Source: an uncultured Verrucomicrobiota bacterium
GTDB taxonomy: Bacteria > Verrucomicrobiota > Kiritimatiellia > CAIVKH01
Direction of reading: 5' to 3'
Assembly (NCBI GenBank): GCA_937872895.1
Contig: CALMUP010000022.1
Span: 82,874-146,873, forward strand
Length of the DNA stretch: 64,000 bases
Both the position numbers and the translations under genes were made by a program. The notes beneath the pieces were generated by a model, which saw nothing but the letters and a program-made list of their open reading frames with translations, did not search any database and was not told where the DNA came from. Below, one piece after another: positions 1 through 10,956 of this stretch. How positions within the stretch are numbered: the stretch's first letter is position 1; every line of letters begins with the position of its first letter.

Positions 1-1
1 C

Positions 2-1159
2 CTGGGGATGATTATGATTGCACCGCCGGTGCTGGTGTTGGGCCTTTCCGGCATGATTGGCGCATACGGCGCCTCGTATGGTCACTTTGGCGATTTGCTT
101 TTTGCCAAGATTCGTTTCCTGAATGAAAAACCCGCCGATCCGGCATTGCTATCCTATTATCAACGTATCATGTGGGTCCCCTCGTTGCATTCGGCAACCT
201 GGGAGTTGACAACGTGGCTGTTTCCCTACAGTATTTGGATAACAGGTGCGTTCAGCATCGTCGCTTGGTTCATTTCCCGCCATCGTCAGGACCCCTTGAT
301 CCGATTCTGGCTGTTGGTATTCGGAATTTCCCTTTTGGCGTATGTACTATTCGTACGGTTTCATGTGTTTGTCGCCTTGGCCATGGCGTTCATACTCGGT
401 TGGATGTGCAGCTGGAAGGCGCTGGGTTCATGGTGGATTCGCACGGTGGCCGTGGTGCTGGTCCTGGCAGCTTGTGTTGCGGAGGGTATGCATACCAGTC
501 GGCAACGGTACGCCATGGGGCGACCCAATGTGTATTACCAGGAGATGACGGAACTGGCGCAATGGTTGGAAAAACATGTATCGCCTGAACCGGTGCTGGC
601 CAACATGGGAATCAGTGCGTCGATTGCGGCTTACGGGAAGTGTTCGATTGTGATTCATCCCAAGTTCGAGGATCCTTCGATTCGCCAGAGGCTCGAACAG
701 TACGGCAATCTTCTGTTTGGCGATGATGAGAAGGCATTGCGTGACTGGATGGACGCACTGGGAGTTCGCTTTTTCGTGTACGCGAAGGGGGAATTTGCCA
801 GGGAGAAACCGGAGTATCAGATGCGGTACTTTGTCAACCGGATGGATCCACCGGAAAGCTCACCAGCGCGGCGGTTTGAACGGGACGATGAGTCCTTGCG
901 GTACTTCCGGAAAAAATGGGGCAACCGCAAGTACACGGTTTATGAAACGCTGCGTGTTGGTGAAAGCAACCGGGCGGATGCCCTGGTTGAGCTTGCGGCG
1001 GAACACCTGGCGGCAGGACGCTTGGCTGATGCCGAGGCGCGGGCGATGCAAGCCCTGACCATCGATCAGCAACACGACCAGGCGTTGAAGATCATGCGGC
1101 ATGTCGGAAGCTTGGTGGAGCAGGGTGTGCGGGTTGAGCCGGGAGTCCCGGTCCCGTGA
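2..1159 (+). CDS. Polytopic membrane protein with a soluble C-terminal domain. The 5' end runs off the window (partial). Possibly the C-terminal part of a GT-C-type glycosyltransferase.
   Basis: The frame is open from nt 2. There are several hydrophobic helices (WLFPYSIWITGAFSIVAWFI, FWLLVFGISLLAYVLFV, VFVALAMAFILGWM, VAVVLVLAACVA), then a ~200-aa hydrophilic domain and a TPR-like tail. The stop overlaps the coaE start. Family assignment is by eye only. Confidence 0.5.
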   Translation: MGMIMIAPPVLVLGLSGMIGAYGASYGHFGDLLFAKIRFLNEKPADPALLSYYQRIMWVPSLHSATWELTTWLFPYSIWITGAFSIVAWFISRHRQDPLIRFWLLVFGISLLAYVLFVRFHVFVALAMAFILGWMCSWKALGSWWIRTVAVVLVLAACVAEGMHTSRQRYAMGRPNVYYQEMTELAQWLEKHVSPEPVLANMGISASIAAYGKCSIVIHPKFEDPSIRQRLEQYGNLLFGDDEKALRDWMDALGVRFFVYAKGEFAREKPEYQMRYFVNRMDPPESSPARRFERDDESLRYFRKKWGNRKYTVYETLRVGESNRADALVELAAEHLAAGRLADAEARAMQALTIDQQHDQALKIMRHVGSLVEQGVRVEPGVPVP

Positions 1160-1770
1160 CCAGGCCAATGGTGATCGGCCTGACCGGTGGCGTCGGGTGC
1201 GGAAAATCGAGCGCAGCGGACGTGCTGATCGCCGACGGGGTGCCCGTGTTTGATGCCGATCGCGCCGCCCATGATGCGGTGGCTTCCGGATCAGATGGGC
1301 TGCAGGCGATCGCGGAAATCTTTGGTCCCTCGTTTGTGAGGGACGGAGTGCTGGATCGCCGGGCGATGGCGGCCAAGGTATTTGGTGATACAGAAGCCCG
1401 CGAGCAGCTCAATGCCATTGTGCATCCGCGCGTGTTTGCCGCGATGCAGGATTGGTTGAAGGCAAACGGCCACGTGCGGCCGGCGGTGGTGGTCATGATC
1501 CCGCTGCTCTTCGAGAAGGGGGCGGATAAATGGTGCGATGCTACGGTGGTGGTTGCTACCGATGAGGCGATCGTGCTGGATCGGCTGGCTGACCGCGGGT
1601 GGTCGGAAGCCGATGCGCGTGCACGCATGCAGGCACAGTGGTCGCTGCCGCGTAAAATCGCGCTGGCCGACCGGGTGGTTTGGAACAATGGAACGAAACA
1701 GGAACTTGCGGCTGCGGTGCGAGAGGCATACCGGTCGTTGATGTCGGAAAGGAAGAACAGCCATGAATGA
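1156..1770 (+). CDS. coaE: Dephospho-CoA kinase
   Basis: P-loop [15 protein letters not shown] at the N-terminus and a length of ~200 aa. GTG 1156 overlaps the upstream stop; ATG 1168 is an alternative start. Confidence 0.85.
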   Translation: MTRPMVIGLTGGVGCGKSSAADVLIADGVPVFDADRAAHDAVASGSDGLQAIAEIFGPSFVRDGVLDRRAMAAKVFGDTEAREQLNAIVHPRVFAAMQDWLKANGHVRPAVVVMIPLLFEKGADKWCDATVVVATDEAIVLDRLADRGWSEADARARMQAQWSLPRKIALADRVVWNNGTKQELAAAVREAYRSLMSERKNSHE

Positions 1771-3283
1771 AGAGAACAGCAGCAGCAACAACAAGCCGCA
1801 CCGCCGTGGTCGGCACAACCGTGGGCGTGGTCCCCGCCGTGATCACCACCACCATGAACGTCCCCGCCACCACCAGGATGACGAGCCGGACATGATGCCC
1901 CAACACGGACCCGGAGAAGCTGTCCCTTCCATGCACGACCATCCGCATCAACCGGGCCCGGTCATGTCGACGGATAACGAGGACGTAAATGGCCAGCCCC
2001 CGGCACCTCCGGTCAACCCGATTGTCGGCAAAAACCTCAAGCTGTTCGAACTGCAGGAAATGACCGTTCCACAACTTGCGACGATGGCGGACGAATACGG
2101 CCTGCGCGATCTGGGTGCCCTGCGCAAGCACGAGCTGATTTTTGAAATCATGAAGGCCAACGCCCGAGCCAACGGAACCATGTTTGGCCGAGGCATCATG
2201 GAAATCCTACCAGACGGGTTTGGATTCCTTCGTTCACCGCTCTACAACTACCTTGCCTGCCAGGAGGATATTTACGTGTCCCCGTCGCAGATCCGCCGGT
2301 TCGCCCTCCGCTCGGGTGATTATGTGGAGGGGGAAATCCGCTCGCCCAAGGAAAAAGAGCGATTCTTCGCATTGCTGAAGGTGGAGCGAATCAATGGAAC
2401 TGCTCCGGAGCACACCAGGTCGAAAATTCCATTTGGCGACCTGACCCCGTTGTTCCCGAACCGGCGTCTGGTGCTGGAGACCACGCCGGATGAGATATCG
2501 ATGCGGGTGATGGACATCCTGACGCCGATCGGCATGGGCCAACGCGGCTTGATCGTGGCCCCTCCTCGCACCGGCAAAACGGTTCTGATGCAGAAAATCG
2601 CCAACAGTATTTCCGCGAATTCGCCGGAATGCCATTTGATTGTCCTGCTGATCGATGAACGACCCGAGGAAGTCACCGACATGCAGCGCAATACCAAGGC
2701 GCAAGTGCTCAGCTCGACGTTTGATGAGCCCCCGGAGCGGCATGTACAGGTGGCTGAAATCGTCATCGAAATGGCCAAGCGCATGGTGGAATGCGGGAAG
2801 GATGTGGTGATCCTGCTCGATAGCATCACCCGTCTGGCCCGCGCCTACAACACGGTCCAGCCGCACAGCGGCAAGATCCTCTCGGGCGGTGTTGATGCCA
2901 ACGCCCTGCACAAACCCAAGCGGTTCTTCGGCGCGGCGCGCAACATCGAGGGTGGCGGCAGCCTGACCATCCTCGCCACCGCGCTGGTTGATACCGGCAG
3001 CCGTATGGATGAGGTCATCTTCGAGGAGTTCAAGGGAACCGGCAACATGGAGATCTGCCTTGATCGCCACCTGGTGGACAAGCGCATCTTCCCGGCCATC
3101 AATGTGGAGAAATCCGGCACCCGCAAGGAGGAACTCTTGCTGCATCCGGATGAATTGAACAAGATCTGGATACTTCGCAAGGCCCTTAACGGAGTACCTG
3201 CGGTGGAGGCGATGGAGCTCATGGTGAACCGGCTCAAGAAGACCAAGAGCAACATCGAGTTCCTGATGGCCCTGCAGGGTTGA
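1763..3283 (+). CDS. rho: Transcription termination factor Rho with a ~95-aa His/Arg/Pro-rich N-terminal extension
   Basis: Rho_N-like [44 protein letters not shown]-binding [15 protein letters not shown], Walker A APPRTGKT, and RecA-like C-terminal half. Confidence 0.95.
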   Translation: MNEENSSSNNKPHRRGRHNRGRGPRRDHHHHERPRHHQDDEPDMMPQHGPGEAVPSMHDHPHQPGPVMSTDNEDVNGQPPAPPVNPIVGKNLKLFELQEMTVPQLATMADEYGLRDLGALRKHELIFEIMKANARANGTMFGRGIMEILPDGFGFLRSPLYNYLACQEDIYVSPSQIRRFALRSGDYVEGEIRSPKEKERFFALLKVERINGTAPEHTRSKIPFGDLTPLFPNRRLVLETTPDEISMRVMDILTPIGMGQRGLIVAPPRTGKTVLMQKIANSISANSPECHLIVLLIDERPEEVTDMQRNTKAQVLSSTFDEPPERHVQVAEIVIEMAKRMVECGKDVVILLDSITRLARAYNTVQPHSGKILSGGVDANALHKPKRFFGAARNIEGGGSLTILATALVDTGSRMDEVIFEEFKGTGNMEICLDRHLVDKRIFPAINVEKSGTRKEELLLHPDELNKIWILRKALNGVPAVEAMELMVNRLKKTKSNIEFLMALQG

Positions 3284-3295
3284 TAGGACGAAACC

Positions 3296-5077
3296 ATGAC
3301 GGCAGCCAAGTCGAGGCAACAGGGTTGGTCAGGGCTACGCCCCCATGTGGCGGCGATGATCGCCCTGTTGCTGTCGGCTGGTCTGCATGCGACGTTGTTA
3401 TCCCGGGTGGATCAATTGACCATCCTGCGATTACCCAACACGGTGGATCAGCCACGTTACTCCCCGATGGAATTGGTGGAGGTGCGGATGCAGCCACCTC
3501 CGGAAACGGTAAAGCTGGAGCCGGCCTCACCGGAGACGACGGATGCGGGATTGCCTCCGGCCGGCGTTCCCGATGCCGAGGCGGTAGCCGCGTTGCGTCC
3601 ACCGGAACCGGTTCGACTACCCTTGCCGGAAGCACCTCCGATCCCGGTTGTGTCTGCACCGGCACAGCCGGATGGGCGGATCGACCCAGTGATCCGCCAG
3701 GATGTCATGGCCATCCAGGATCGCGTGGTACCGGATGATGAAGCGGCGTTACCGCGGCGGTGGGTGGAGGCTGATATCCCGCGTATCGACCAGGCACCGG
3801 ATATCCAGTTGCCGGTGGCGGCTACGCCGGTCGTGGAGCAGGCCCGTGGGTTCACCCCAGCTTCTGCAGCCGTCTTCATCGAAGACATGGAAGCTGGCAC
3901 GCCAGATTGGTCAGCGGTCATGGCGCAACGAGGTGTGACGGATTCCGGCGGGCAACCGATCCGGCCGGTACAAGGGAGAACCGGCGGCACGGGCACGTTG
4001 GATGAGCGACCGGAGGAGGTCAGTAGCCTGACCGCGATTGAAAACCTGTTGCAGATTCGCGTTGATTCGTTTACCGAGCCGGATGGTTCCTACCTCTACG
4101 TTGCGGTGCATATCGAGCCGGCCCGCGATGGTATCCTCTCCATCCAGCCGCGAGATATCCTGTTCATTCAGGACAGTTCGGAAAGCATGACTCCGTGGAA
4201 GCTGGATGAATGCCGACGCGGCTTGAAACGCTGGCTGGACTTCCTGAATCCCGGTGACCGGTTTGAAGTGATGGGTTTCCGTAACGAGACGTATTCCTGT
4301 TTCGGGCAGTGGACGGCGTATGATGCGGCCAGCCGTGAGCAGGCGGTTCGATTCATTGACGGTATGCGTGCGGTAGGGGATACCGATGTGTACCGCTCCC
4401 TCGAGACCGCCTTGACCATGCCGATCGAGCCGGGTCGCACGCCGTTGCTCATACTGGTCACCGACGGTCGCCCGACCGTTGGTGTTATCGGTAGTACGGA
4501 TATCATCGAGGGTATCACGCGGTACAACCGGGGGCGCGTTTCCATGTTTTCCGTCGGCGGGGGGAAGAAGGTGAATAGTTTCTTCCTCGATCTAATCAGT
4601 TACCGCAACCGTGGAGAGGCGGTAGTGGCGAAGGGTGAAGAGGAAATTCCAGCGGCCATGGAGGCCTGGGCACGCCAGTTGCGTCGCCCGGTGCTGACGG
4701 ATCTTTCCTATGTGTTTTCGCGCGTGGATACGACCGATATTTATCCCAAGCAATTGACGCATCTGTTCCTGGACCGTCCGTTGACGATACACGGTCGGTT
4801 TGCTGGTGATACGGACCGGATCACCTTCCAGGTGGTCGGTCGCTCCGGTGGTTCATGGCATGACATGGTGTTTGATCTGGACCGTAGTCAAATGAACCCT
4901 GCCGGAACGGCTGTGCGGCAGCAGTGGGCCTGGCAGAAAGCGTACCACATGATCGGTGATTACCTTGGCGATCCGACCGAAGCCCGGATGGCCAGCATCC
5001 ATGAATTTGTCGCCAGGTACGGGTTGCTGGTGCCTTACGGATTCAGTCGGGCCATGCCCCGAACGGGGAGTCGCTGA
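3296..5077 (+). CDS. Membrane-anchored von Willebrand factor A (VWA) domain protein with a Pro-rich spacer
   Basis: N-terminal TM ([18 protein letters not shown]), a Pro-rich ~150 aa region, a MIDAS-like DxSxS (FIQDSSESM), and VTDGRPT typical of VWA. Confidence 0.7.
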   Translation: MTAAKSRQQGWSGLRPHVAAMIALLLSAGLHATLLSRVDQLTILRLPNTVDQPRYSPMELVEVRMQPPPETVKLEPASPETTDAGLPPAGVPDAEAVAALRPPEPVRLPLPEAPPIPVVSAPAQPDGRIDPVIRQDVMAIQDRVVPDDEAALPRRWVEADIPRIDQAPDIQLPVAATPVVEQARGFTPASAAVFIEDMEAGTPDWSAVMAQRGVTDSGGQPIRPVQGRTGGTGTLDERPEEVSSLTAIENLLQIRVDSFTEPDGSYLYVAVHIEPARDGILSIQPRDILFIQDSSESMTPWKLDECRRGLKRWLDFLNPGDRFEVMGFRNETYSCFGQWTAYDAASREQAVRFIDGMRAVGDTDVYRSLETALTMPIEPGRTPLLILVTDGRPTVGVIGSTDIIEGITRYNRGRVSMFSVGGGKKVNSFFLDLISYRNRGEAVVAKGEEEIPAAMEAWARQLRRPVLTDLSYVFSRVDTTDIYPKQLTHLFLDRPLTIHGRFAGDTDRITFQVVGRSGGSWHDMVFDLDRSQMNPAGTAVRQQWAWQKAYHMIGDYLGDPTEARMASIHEFVARYGLLVPYGFSRAMPRTGSR

Positions 5078-5078
5078 T

Positions 5079-6092
5079 ATGCATGGCGCACGTTGGTCCC
5101 TGGCGATTGTAGCCGGCTTGATCCTGTTATCCGCTTGCCGTGCGCCGCAACCGGTAAGCTCGACGACCAATGCCGAAACGCCCGGTTCACGAAAGAAACC
5201 TCCCGCAGCTGCATCCGCCGCTCCGGTTGGCTTGAGTACGCACCGAATGTACGAGGATGGTCGTGAGCGCAGCGTCTTGCTGTACCGGCCAGCGAACCTG
5301 CCCGCGAAGAAACCCGTTCCGCTGGTTCTGGCGTTGCATGGCGGAGGAGGACTTCCGGAAAACATGATGGACGTCTCGGGATTCAATGCCTTGGCCGATG
5401 CCCACGGTTTCGTGGTGGCCTATCCATCCGGGACGGGAAGCACGCCGCGGCGTCTGTTCTGGAACATCCTGAAGTCCGGTACCTATGCCACGGTCAATGA
5501 AATCGACGATCTCGATTTTCTCCAGCAGGCTCTGGATGCTGTTTCCGATATGGTGCGCGTGGACACCAACCGGATCTATGCGGCTGGGTTCTCGCAAGGA
5601 GGCATGATGTGTTATCGATTGGCCTGTGATCCGGCATGGTCGAAGCGTTTGGCGGCAATCGCCGTGGTGGGAGGGACCATGACGGTGGACCCGGAGTCCT
5701 GCAAGGCGGAACGCGCTGTTCCGGTCATTTCATTCCATGGGCGACTTGATCCCTTCAGCAACTTTGCCGGAGGCATTGCCGAAAAGGCGCCGCGGAACGA
5801 CCAGGTTGCCCGCCCGGGGGTGGAAGAGTCCATCCGCTTTTGGGTCTCGCGCGGCGGATTGGATCAGCAACCATCGGCGTCGGGTACCATGGGCACCGCT
5901 GTCATGCATCAATACGGTCCGGATTCGAATGGATTCGAGGTCGTGTCGTGGGTGCTTGAGGATGGTGGACACACCTGGCCGGGTAGCAACGGGAACCTGC
6001 CGGAGTGGATGATGGGCAAGGTGAACCGCGACATTGTGGCCAGTGTCCTGATCTGGGATTTCTTTTCCCGCCATCCGCTTGGCACGCGGTAG
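5079..6092 (+). CDS. Secreted/lipoprotein alpha/beta-hydrolase, PHB-depolymerase/LpqC-like esterase family
   Basis: Lipobox-like signal (LAIVAGLILLSAC), PLVLALHGGGG, and nucleophile elbow GFSQGG. ATG 5079 lies 1 nt after the upstream stop. The ORF-track start at 4956 would overlap the VWA gene. Confidence 0.6.
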   Translation: MHGARWSLAIVAGLILLSACRAPQPVSSTTNAETPGSRKKPPAAASAAPVGLSTHRMYEDGRERSVLLYRPANLPAKKPVPLVLALHGGGGLPENMMDVSGFNALADAHGFVVAYPSGTGSTPRRLFWNILKSGTYATVNEIDDLDFLQQALDAVSDMVRVDTNRIYAAGFSQGGMMCYRLACDPAWSKRLAAIAVVGGTMTVDPESCKAERAVPVISFHGRLDPFSNFAGGIAEKAPRNDQVARPGVEESIRFWVSRGGLDQQPSASGTMGTAVMHQYGPDSNGFEVVSWVLEDGGHTWPGSNGNLPEWMMGKVNRDIVASVLIWDFFSRHPLGTR

Positions 6093-6108
6093 TCTTCCGA
6101 GCACACGC

Positions 6109-7587
6109 CTATGGTTCGGGAAGGCGGGCGACTTCGGTGATCTGTCCGGTCGATTTCAGCCATTTGATGCGGACGATTTCGTGGTTGAAGATGGCTTCCA
6201 GCAGCTTGTATTCGGCCTGGGCCAGATCCACTTCGGCGGATAGCAGGTCGATGCGCTTGCCGGTTCCGGCGGTCACCTTGTCTTCGAGGTACTGCCGATT
6301 CTCCGTCAAGTAGTCCACGGATTGCTGCAGCACTTCCACGGTGGATACCGCGTAATTCAATTCATCGCGCAGGAGATCGAGTTCCGATTGAACGGCCTTG
6401 ACCAGGTCCTCGCTTTGGAACCGTTCCTGCTGGTACTGGCTTTCCTTTACCTCGATCTTGCCACGCCGTTCATAGGAGTCCCAGATGGGCACGGAGGCCA
6501 TGATGCCGATCATCCAGGCGTCGACCGTATCATCCGGGGTATTCCCCTGGCGACCATAAGAGCCCATGCCGCGAAGGTCGGGGTAGCGTGAATGCCGGGC
6601 CGCATCGCGCTGGAGACCGGCAATACGCTCCCGGTATTGCTGCAGCTGGATGTCGAGCCGTTCTGCCAGGGCGGTCTTGAGGGTGGATTCCGGATCGCTC
6701 AGGTCCACTTCGCGCAGGAACAGGTCGCCGACGATCTCGACTTCATCCTCGGATGGGATATCAAGCTGTCGTTTCAGTTCACGCAAGGCGGCGGCTCGGC
6801 GTTTGGTTGCCTCGAGCAGGCTATTGCGTGCTCCGGCAAGGGCGACTTCCTCCTTTTTCACGTCGAGCGGACGGGCGGTTCCGGTGGTCAGCAGGTCCTT
6901 GATTTCCGCCACCTTGTCCAGGTGAAGGTCCACCTTGCCCTGCAGGGCTTCCACCGACTTCTGCTGCACCAGAACGGCATGGAATAGCTGGGCCGCGACG
7001 GCCATGGCCTCTTCCCGGTAGTAGTCCACTTCGAGGTCACTTCGCCGAAGCGCCTCACGGGAAGCCTTGAAGCGCGTGTACAGCTCGCGTTCGTAGATTG
7101 GCAGACCGAGGCGCAGGCTGGCATCGAAGAAGTCATAGGCGCCGGTCGTATCGGAGTAATCGTAGATGATTTCGGTCGGTTCGGTGACCTGGGTGAAGCC
7201 CTCGGTGGGCAGGTTGAACCGTCGAATCAGGTCGCTGGAGAGGCCGGGGTACTTGATGTCGAAAGGAATCGGCTCGGGGATCGAAGCGGTGCTTGATTCA
7301 GGGAGGCCGTAGCCGGCGGTGCTGCGATCCTGGCGTTTCTGGGAGGCCGTGCCGTACAACTTGGGCAGGAGTTTGGAACGATCCACCTTGTAGGTGCCTT
7401 CCTGTTCCCGCTTGCGTTCAACCGCCTGGCGGACGGTGATGCTGGATTCCGCCGCACGGAGCATGACCGCCTGCAGATCAAGCGACCACGACGCGGGTTG
7501 AGCGGATGAGTCGCCATCCGCGAGCACGGTCATGGCGCCCCAGCAGAGCAGCGCGGTTATCGTTGCTGATCGAAAGCCTGTCCTCAT
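6109..7587 (-). CDS. TolC-family outer membrane efflux protein
   Basis: ~490 aa with a signal peptide from Met at 7587 ([23 protein letters not shown]). It has helix-rich two-repeat OEP-like sequence (…[28 protein letters not shown]…). An upstream Met at 7626 is possible. Confidence 0.7.
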   Translation of the reverse strand: MRTGFRSATITALLCWGAMTVLADGDSSAQPASWSLDLQAVMLRAAESSITVRQAVERKREQEGTYKVDRSKLLPKLYGTASQKRQDRSTAGYGLPESSTASIPEPIPFDIKYPGLSSDLIRRFNLPTEGFTQVTEPTEIIYDYSDTTGAYDFFDASLRLGLPIYERELYTRFKASREALRRSDLEVDYYREEAMAVAAQLFHAVLVQQKSVEALQGKVDLHLDKVAEIKDLLTTGTARPLDVKKEEVALAGARNSLLEATKRRAAALRELKRQLDIPSEDEVEIVGDLFLREVDLSDPESTLKTALAERLDIQLQQYRERIAGLQRDAARHSRYPDLRGMGSYGRQGNTPDDTVDAWMIGIMASVPIWDSYERRGKIEVKESQYQQERFQSEDLVKAVQSELDLLRDELNYAVSTVEVLQQSVDYLTENRQYLEDKVTAGTGKRIDLLSAEVDLAQAEYKLLEAIFNHEIVRIKWLKSTGQITEVARLPEP

Positions 7588-7694
7588 CGGCCTGGTATCG
7601 TGGGGCAATGCCGCCGCCGGCGACAAGCAGAAATAATAGGAGCCACCTCAGCCGTCGGCTTGACCTGTCTGCGGTCCGGCGGCATGCTTCACCC

Positions 7695-8501
7695 ATGAGC
7701 AACAAGCGTTCACGACCCGTGGTGATGACGATAGCCGGTTCCGACTCGAGTGGCGGTGCGGGTATCCAGGCCGACTTGAAGACCTTTTCAGCGCTGGACG
7801 TGTTCGGCACGTCGGCCATCACCTGCATCACGGCCCAGCATCCCGGCCGTGTGGATGGTATCAGTGCCATTTCGCCCGACATGGTTACGCGCCAGATCCA
7901 GATGATCTGCGAGGCGTTTCCGGTTACAGCGGCAAAGACGGGCATGTTGTATTCGGCGGATATCATCCGGGCGGTGGCGGCGGCTGATGTTAGCCAGGGC
8001 ATTCCGATCCTCGTGGTCGATCCCGTCATGGTGGCATCATCCGGGGCCCGCCTGCTTCAGGGCGATGCGATTGCCGCGTTGTGTGCCGATCTCCTGCCGC
8101 AGGCGCGGGTGATCACGCCCAACCTGCATGAAGCGGAAATCCTGGTCGGGCATAGCATTTCCAATGTTGATGAGTTGCGCAAGGCGGCCCGGGAGATCGG
8201 TCAGAAGTACGATGTGGCCTGTGTGGCCAAGGGCGGCAACCTCGGTGGCAGCGAGGTGGTTGACGTCCTGTACGATGAAGGCGAGGAACACGTATTTACC
8301 AGCCCTCGGGTGTCGGCCAAGCAGAGCCACGGCGCCGGCTGTACCTTTTCCGCGGCGTTGACGGCCTATTTGGGGATGGGCCATCTGATGACCGACGCCA
8401 CACAGAAAGCCAAGGACTTCGTCCGTTTGGCCTTGGAAAACGCACTGACCCTGGGGGATCACCATCCATTGAGCTTCCCCCATGGCGCGCGATCTTCCTG
8501 A
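7695..8501 (+). CDS. thiD: Hydroxymethylpyrimidine/phosphomethylpyrimidine kinase
   Basis: [39 protein letters not shown] and a C-terminal [10 protein letters not shown] motif. ATG 7695 was chosen because the longer ORF overlaps the divergent TolC gene. Confidence 0.85.
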   Translation: MSNKRSRPVVMTIAGSDSSGGAGIQADLKTFSALDVFGTSAITCITAQHPGRVDGISAISPDMVTRQIQMICEAFPVTAAKTGMLYSADIIRAVAAADVSQGIPILVVDPVMVASSGARLLQGDAIAALCADLLPQARVITPNLHEAEILVGHSISNVDELRKAAREIGQKYDVACVAKGGNLGGSEVVDVLYDEGEEHVFTSPRVSAKQSHGAGCTFSAALTAYLGMGHLMTDATQKAKDFVRLALENALTLGDHHPLSFPHGARSS

Positions 8502-10890
8502 TTTCCCGGCCGCCCGAACGCCCGGGCATGTAGCGGCCGCACTGGCCGCCAAGGTAGTGCAGTATCGTCCTCGCCGCATCCTGCCGGTCATCGCTCTTGT
8601 GTATGCTGCGGGCATCTGGTCGGGCGCGTGGTTGATCGTGCCTGTATGGGCCTGCCTGCTTGCGTTGGCGTTGTTGTTGATCTTCGCGGTGATCACGCGG
8701 TTTGCGTCATGGTCTTCCATTCCTTTACTTCTGGCTGTTGGACTCGCGGGTATGGCGGCCGCCACGTTTTCCTCGGGACGTCATGATGCGCGGTCACTGG
8801 ATCAACGGCTTGTCCGCGAGCGGGAATCGGCCGTATTGACCGGTCGGGTGGTGGACCTGCCGGTGCGGGTTGATCTCGATCAACGCGGAGTACCGCATTG
8901 GTCGATGACATGCGAGGTGGAATGGCTGGGGGAGCAACCGGTTCGCGGAATGGTGCGGATGTATATGCTCGATGGCGAGGATGGAGGGGCACCGAGGTAT
9001 GGGGATCGGTGGCGCTGGCATGGAACAATCCGGGCGGACCGGCGGCCGCTGGCGGAGCGTCGGGGTGTGTTGGCCGTCATGCATGCCGATCCGCAGCGTT
9101 CCGAGCGGATTTCCGAGGGCACGGGTTCACGATTCGCCGCCTGGTGTCATGCGCGACGCGCCGACGCGCACGATCGGCTGGGGTGGGGGCTGCCCGAGGA
9201 CTCGGAATCCGTGGCACTGGCTCGGGCGATGTTGCTTGGTTTTCGGCAAGAGATCGACCGCACAGTGCATGACGCATTTCTGCGCACCGGCACCTTGCAT
9301 ATCATTGCCTTGTCAGGCATGCATGTCGGAATACTGGTTTTCCTGCTGGGTCTGATCCTGAAATCGGCCGGCGTAACCCGCGAGCGCTGGATTTTCTGGG
9401 TCGCGCCACTGCTGGTTTGTTACACGGTCGGAACGGGAGCTGCACCCAGCATGGTCCGTTCCACCATCATGGCGGTGGTGTTTTTTTCAGCGTACCTGTT
9501 CCGGCGCAAACCGGATGCGTTGAGTGCGCTGGCAGGCGCGGCGCTGCTGATCCTCGCCGTCGATCCGATGCAACTATTTGATGCCGGCTTTGTCCTTTCC
9601 TTTGTTTCGGTCGGAGGGCTGGTGTCCTTGTATCCCATGATCGTTGGCTGGCTGGACCGGATGATGGCCGGCGATCCGTGGGAGGTGGATGATCCTTCGT
9701 CGCACCGATGGTGGCGAAGCGTGAAAGAGGGTATCACGGCGGCGTTCTCGGTATCGCTGGCCGCCTGGTTGGCGACGCTTCCCCTCATCATCGGCTTGTC
9801 GAACATCCTTAGTCCGGTTTCGCTGGTGGTCAACCTGTTCATGGGTCCAGCGTCCTTCCTGCTGCTATTAACCGAGTGCCTGGCGGCCTTGTCCGGATTT
9901 TTCTCGTACCAACTGGCGGTTACCTTCAATCACGCCCACGATGTGTTTGCCTCGGTGCTGCTGGGGGGAATCCTGTGGACTGCGCGTTTGCCGGGAGGTT
10001 GCTGGTATGTCGCGACCTGGCCGCTGGCACTGGTCGCATTGTGGTACCTGATGGTGATCATGGCGGCGGTTGGCCAACGATGGCGACGAGGCGTTGCCGT
10101 GGCCTGCTTGTCGGCGATGGTGATCGGGTCGATGGGGTGGCGTAGTTGGTCGGATACGATCGAGCTGGTATCGGTACCGGCGGGTGAGGGGGAAGTGGTC
10201 GTTCTCGACGGGCCGGGTGATCAGGTGGTTGTGTTTGATGCGGGCCCGTACTACCAGCATCGCCGCGTCATCAGGGCGTTGCGGGCCCGGGGCATTCACC
10301 GGATCGATGCGGTCTGGATTACCCGGGCCAACAGCGAGGCCTATGGCGGGCTTACCGCACTGATTGATGCGATGGATGTACGGGCGATCCGGCATCCGCA
10401 ACCGGTGATTCGGCAATCTACGTTCGAGACACACCGCCAGCGATGGGCGGAACGGATGGGCAGTGACCGGGTTCAGCCATGGTCAACCAATGCATGCATT
10501 GCCGAAGCGGGCGATCTTTTGGTCGAGCGGTTGTGGCCGCAGGGTATTCCGGTGTACCGCTCGGCGGGTCAATCGACGTTGATCATCCGGGCCAGTCGCG
10601 GGCATCACGCAGTCGTGGTTGCCGGTAAGCTGGACGCAAGTCTGGAGCAGGTCCTGCTTGAATGCCCGGTGGATTGGGCGGCGACAGGACTGGTGGTCGG
10701 GGGGTGCAATTCGGATCAGGCGTGTGGCGAACCATGGCTTGATGCCGTCGAGCCGGCATGGATTCGGATCAATCTCGAGTCTTTCCGGCGCCAGCCATGG
10801 GGGGACCGGCCCATCCGCGACCGCATCGCCAGCAAATCGGCCATGCAGTTGATTGAAAACGAGGGTGACCCTTTCGTCTGGCGATTCTGA
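8482..10890 (+). CDS. comEC: ComEC/Rec2-family DNA internalisation channel protein (with a degenerate C-terminal metallo-beta-lactamase-like domain)
   Basis: Competence-domain signature LRTGTLHIIALSGMHVGIL and many TM helices. The C-terminal VSVPAGEGEVVVLDGPG…VWITRANSEAYGG resembles the MBL fold. Confidence 0.8.
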   Translation: MARDLPDFPAARTPGHVAAALAAKVVQYRPRRILPVIALVYAAGIWSGAWLIVPVWACLLALALLLIFAVITRFASWSSIPLLLAVGLAGMAAATFSSGRHDARSLDQRLVRERESAVLTGRVVDLPVRVDLDQRGVPHWSMTCEVEWLGEQPVRGMVRMYMLDGEDGGAPRYGDRWRWHGTIRADRRPLAERRGVLAVMHADPQRSERISEGTGSRFAAWCHARRADAHDRLGWGLPEDSESVALARAMLLGFRQEIDRTVHDAFLRTGTLHIIALSGMHVGILVFLLGLILKSAGVTRERWIFWVAPLLVCYTVGTGAAPSMVRSTIMAVVFFSAYLFRRKPDALSALAGAALLILAVDPMQLFDAGFVLSFVSVGGLVSLYPMIVGWLDRMMAGDPWEVDDPSSHRWWRSVKEGITAAFSVSLAAWLATLPLIIGLSNILSPVSLVVNLFMGPASFLLLLTECLAALSGFFSYQLAVTFNHAHDVFASVLLGGILWTARLPGGCWYVATWPLALVALWYLMVIMAAVGQRWRRGVAVACLSAMVIGSMGWRSWSDTIELVSVPAGEGEVVVLDGPGDQVVVFDAGPYYQHRRVIRALRARGIHRIDAVWITRANSEAYGGLTALIDAMDVRAIRHPQPVIRQSTFETHRQRWAERMGSDRVQPWSTNACIAEAGDLLVERLWPQGIPVYRSAGQSTLIIRASRGHHAVVVAGKLDASLEQVLLECPVDWAATGLVVGGCNSDQACGEPWLDAVEPAWIRINLESFRRQPWGDRPIRDRIASKSAMQLIENEGDPFVWRF

Positions 10891-10956
10891 TCGCCGTTGG
10901 CGTTCGCCCAGGTATGTTGTACGGTTCTTCGCGTCAACAAGCCGGGAGTAGTTACC

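Noticed and set aside
7588-7694. TPP riboswitch upstream of thiD
   Set aside because: The divergent tolC-like/thiD intergenic region is only ~107 nt, and I could not find the conserved CUGAGA/ACCUGA-type THI-box elements.
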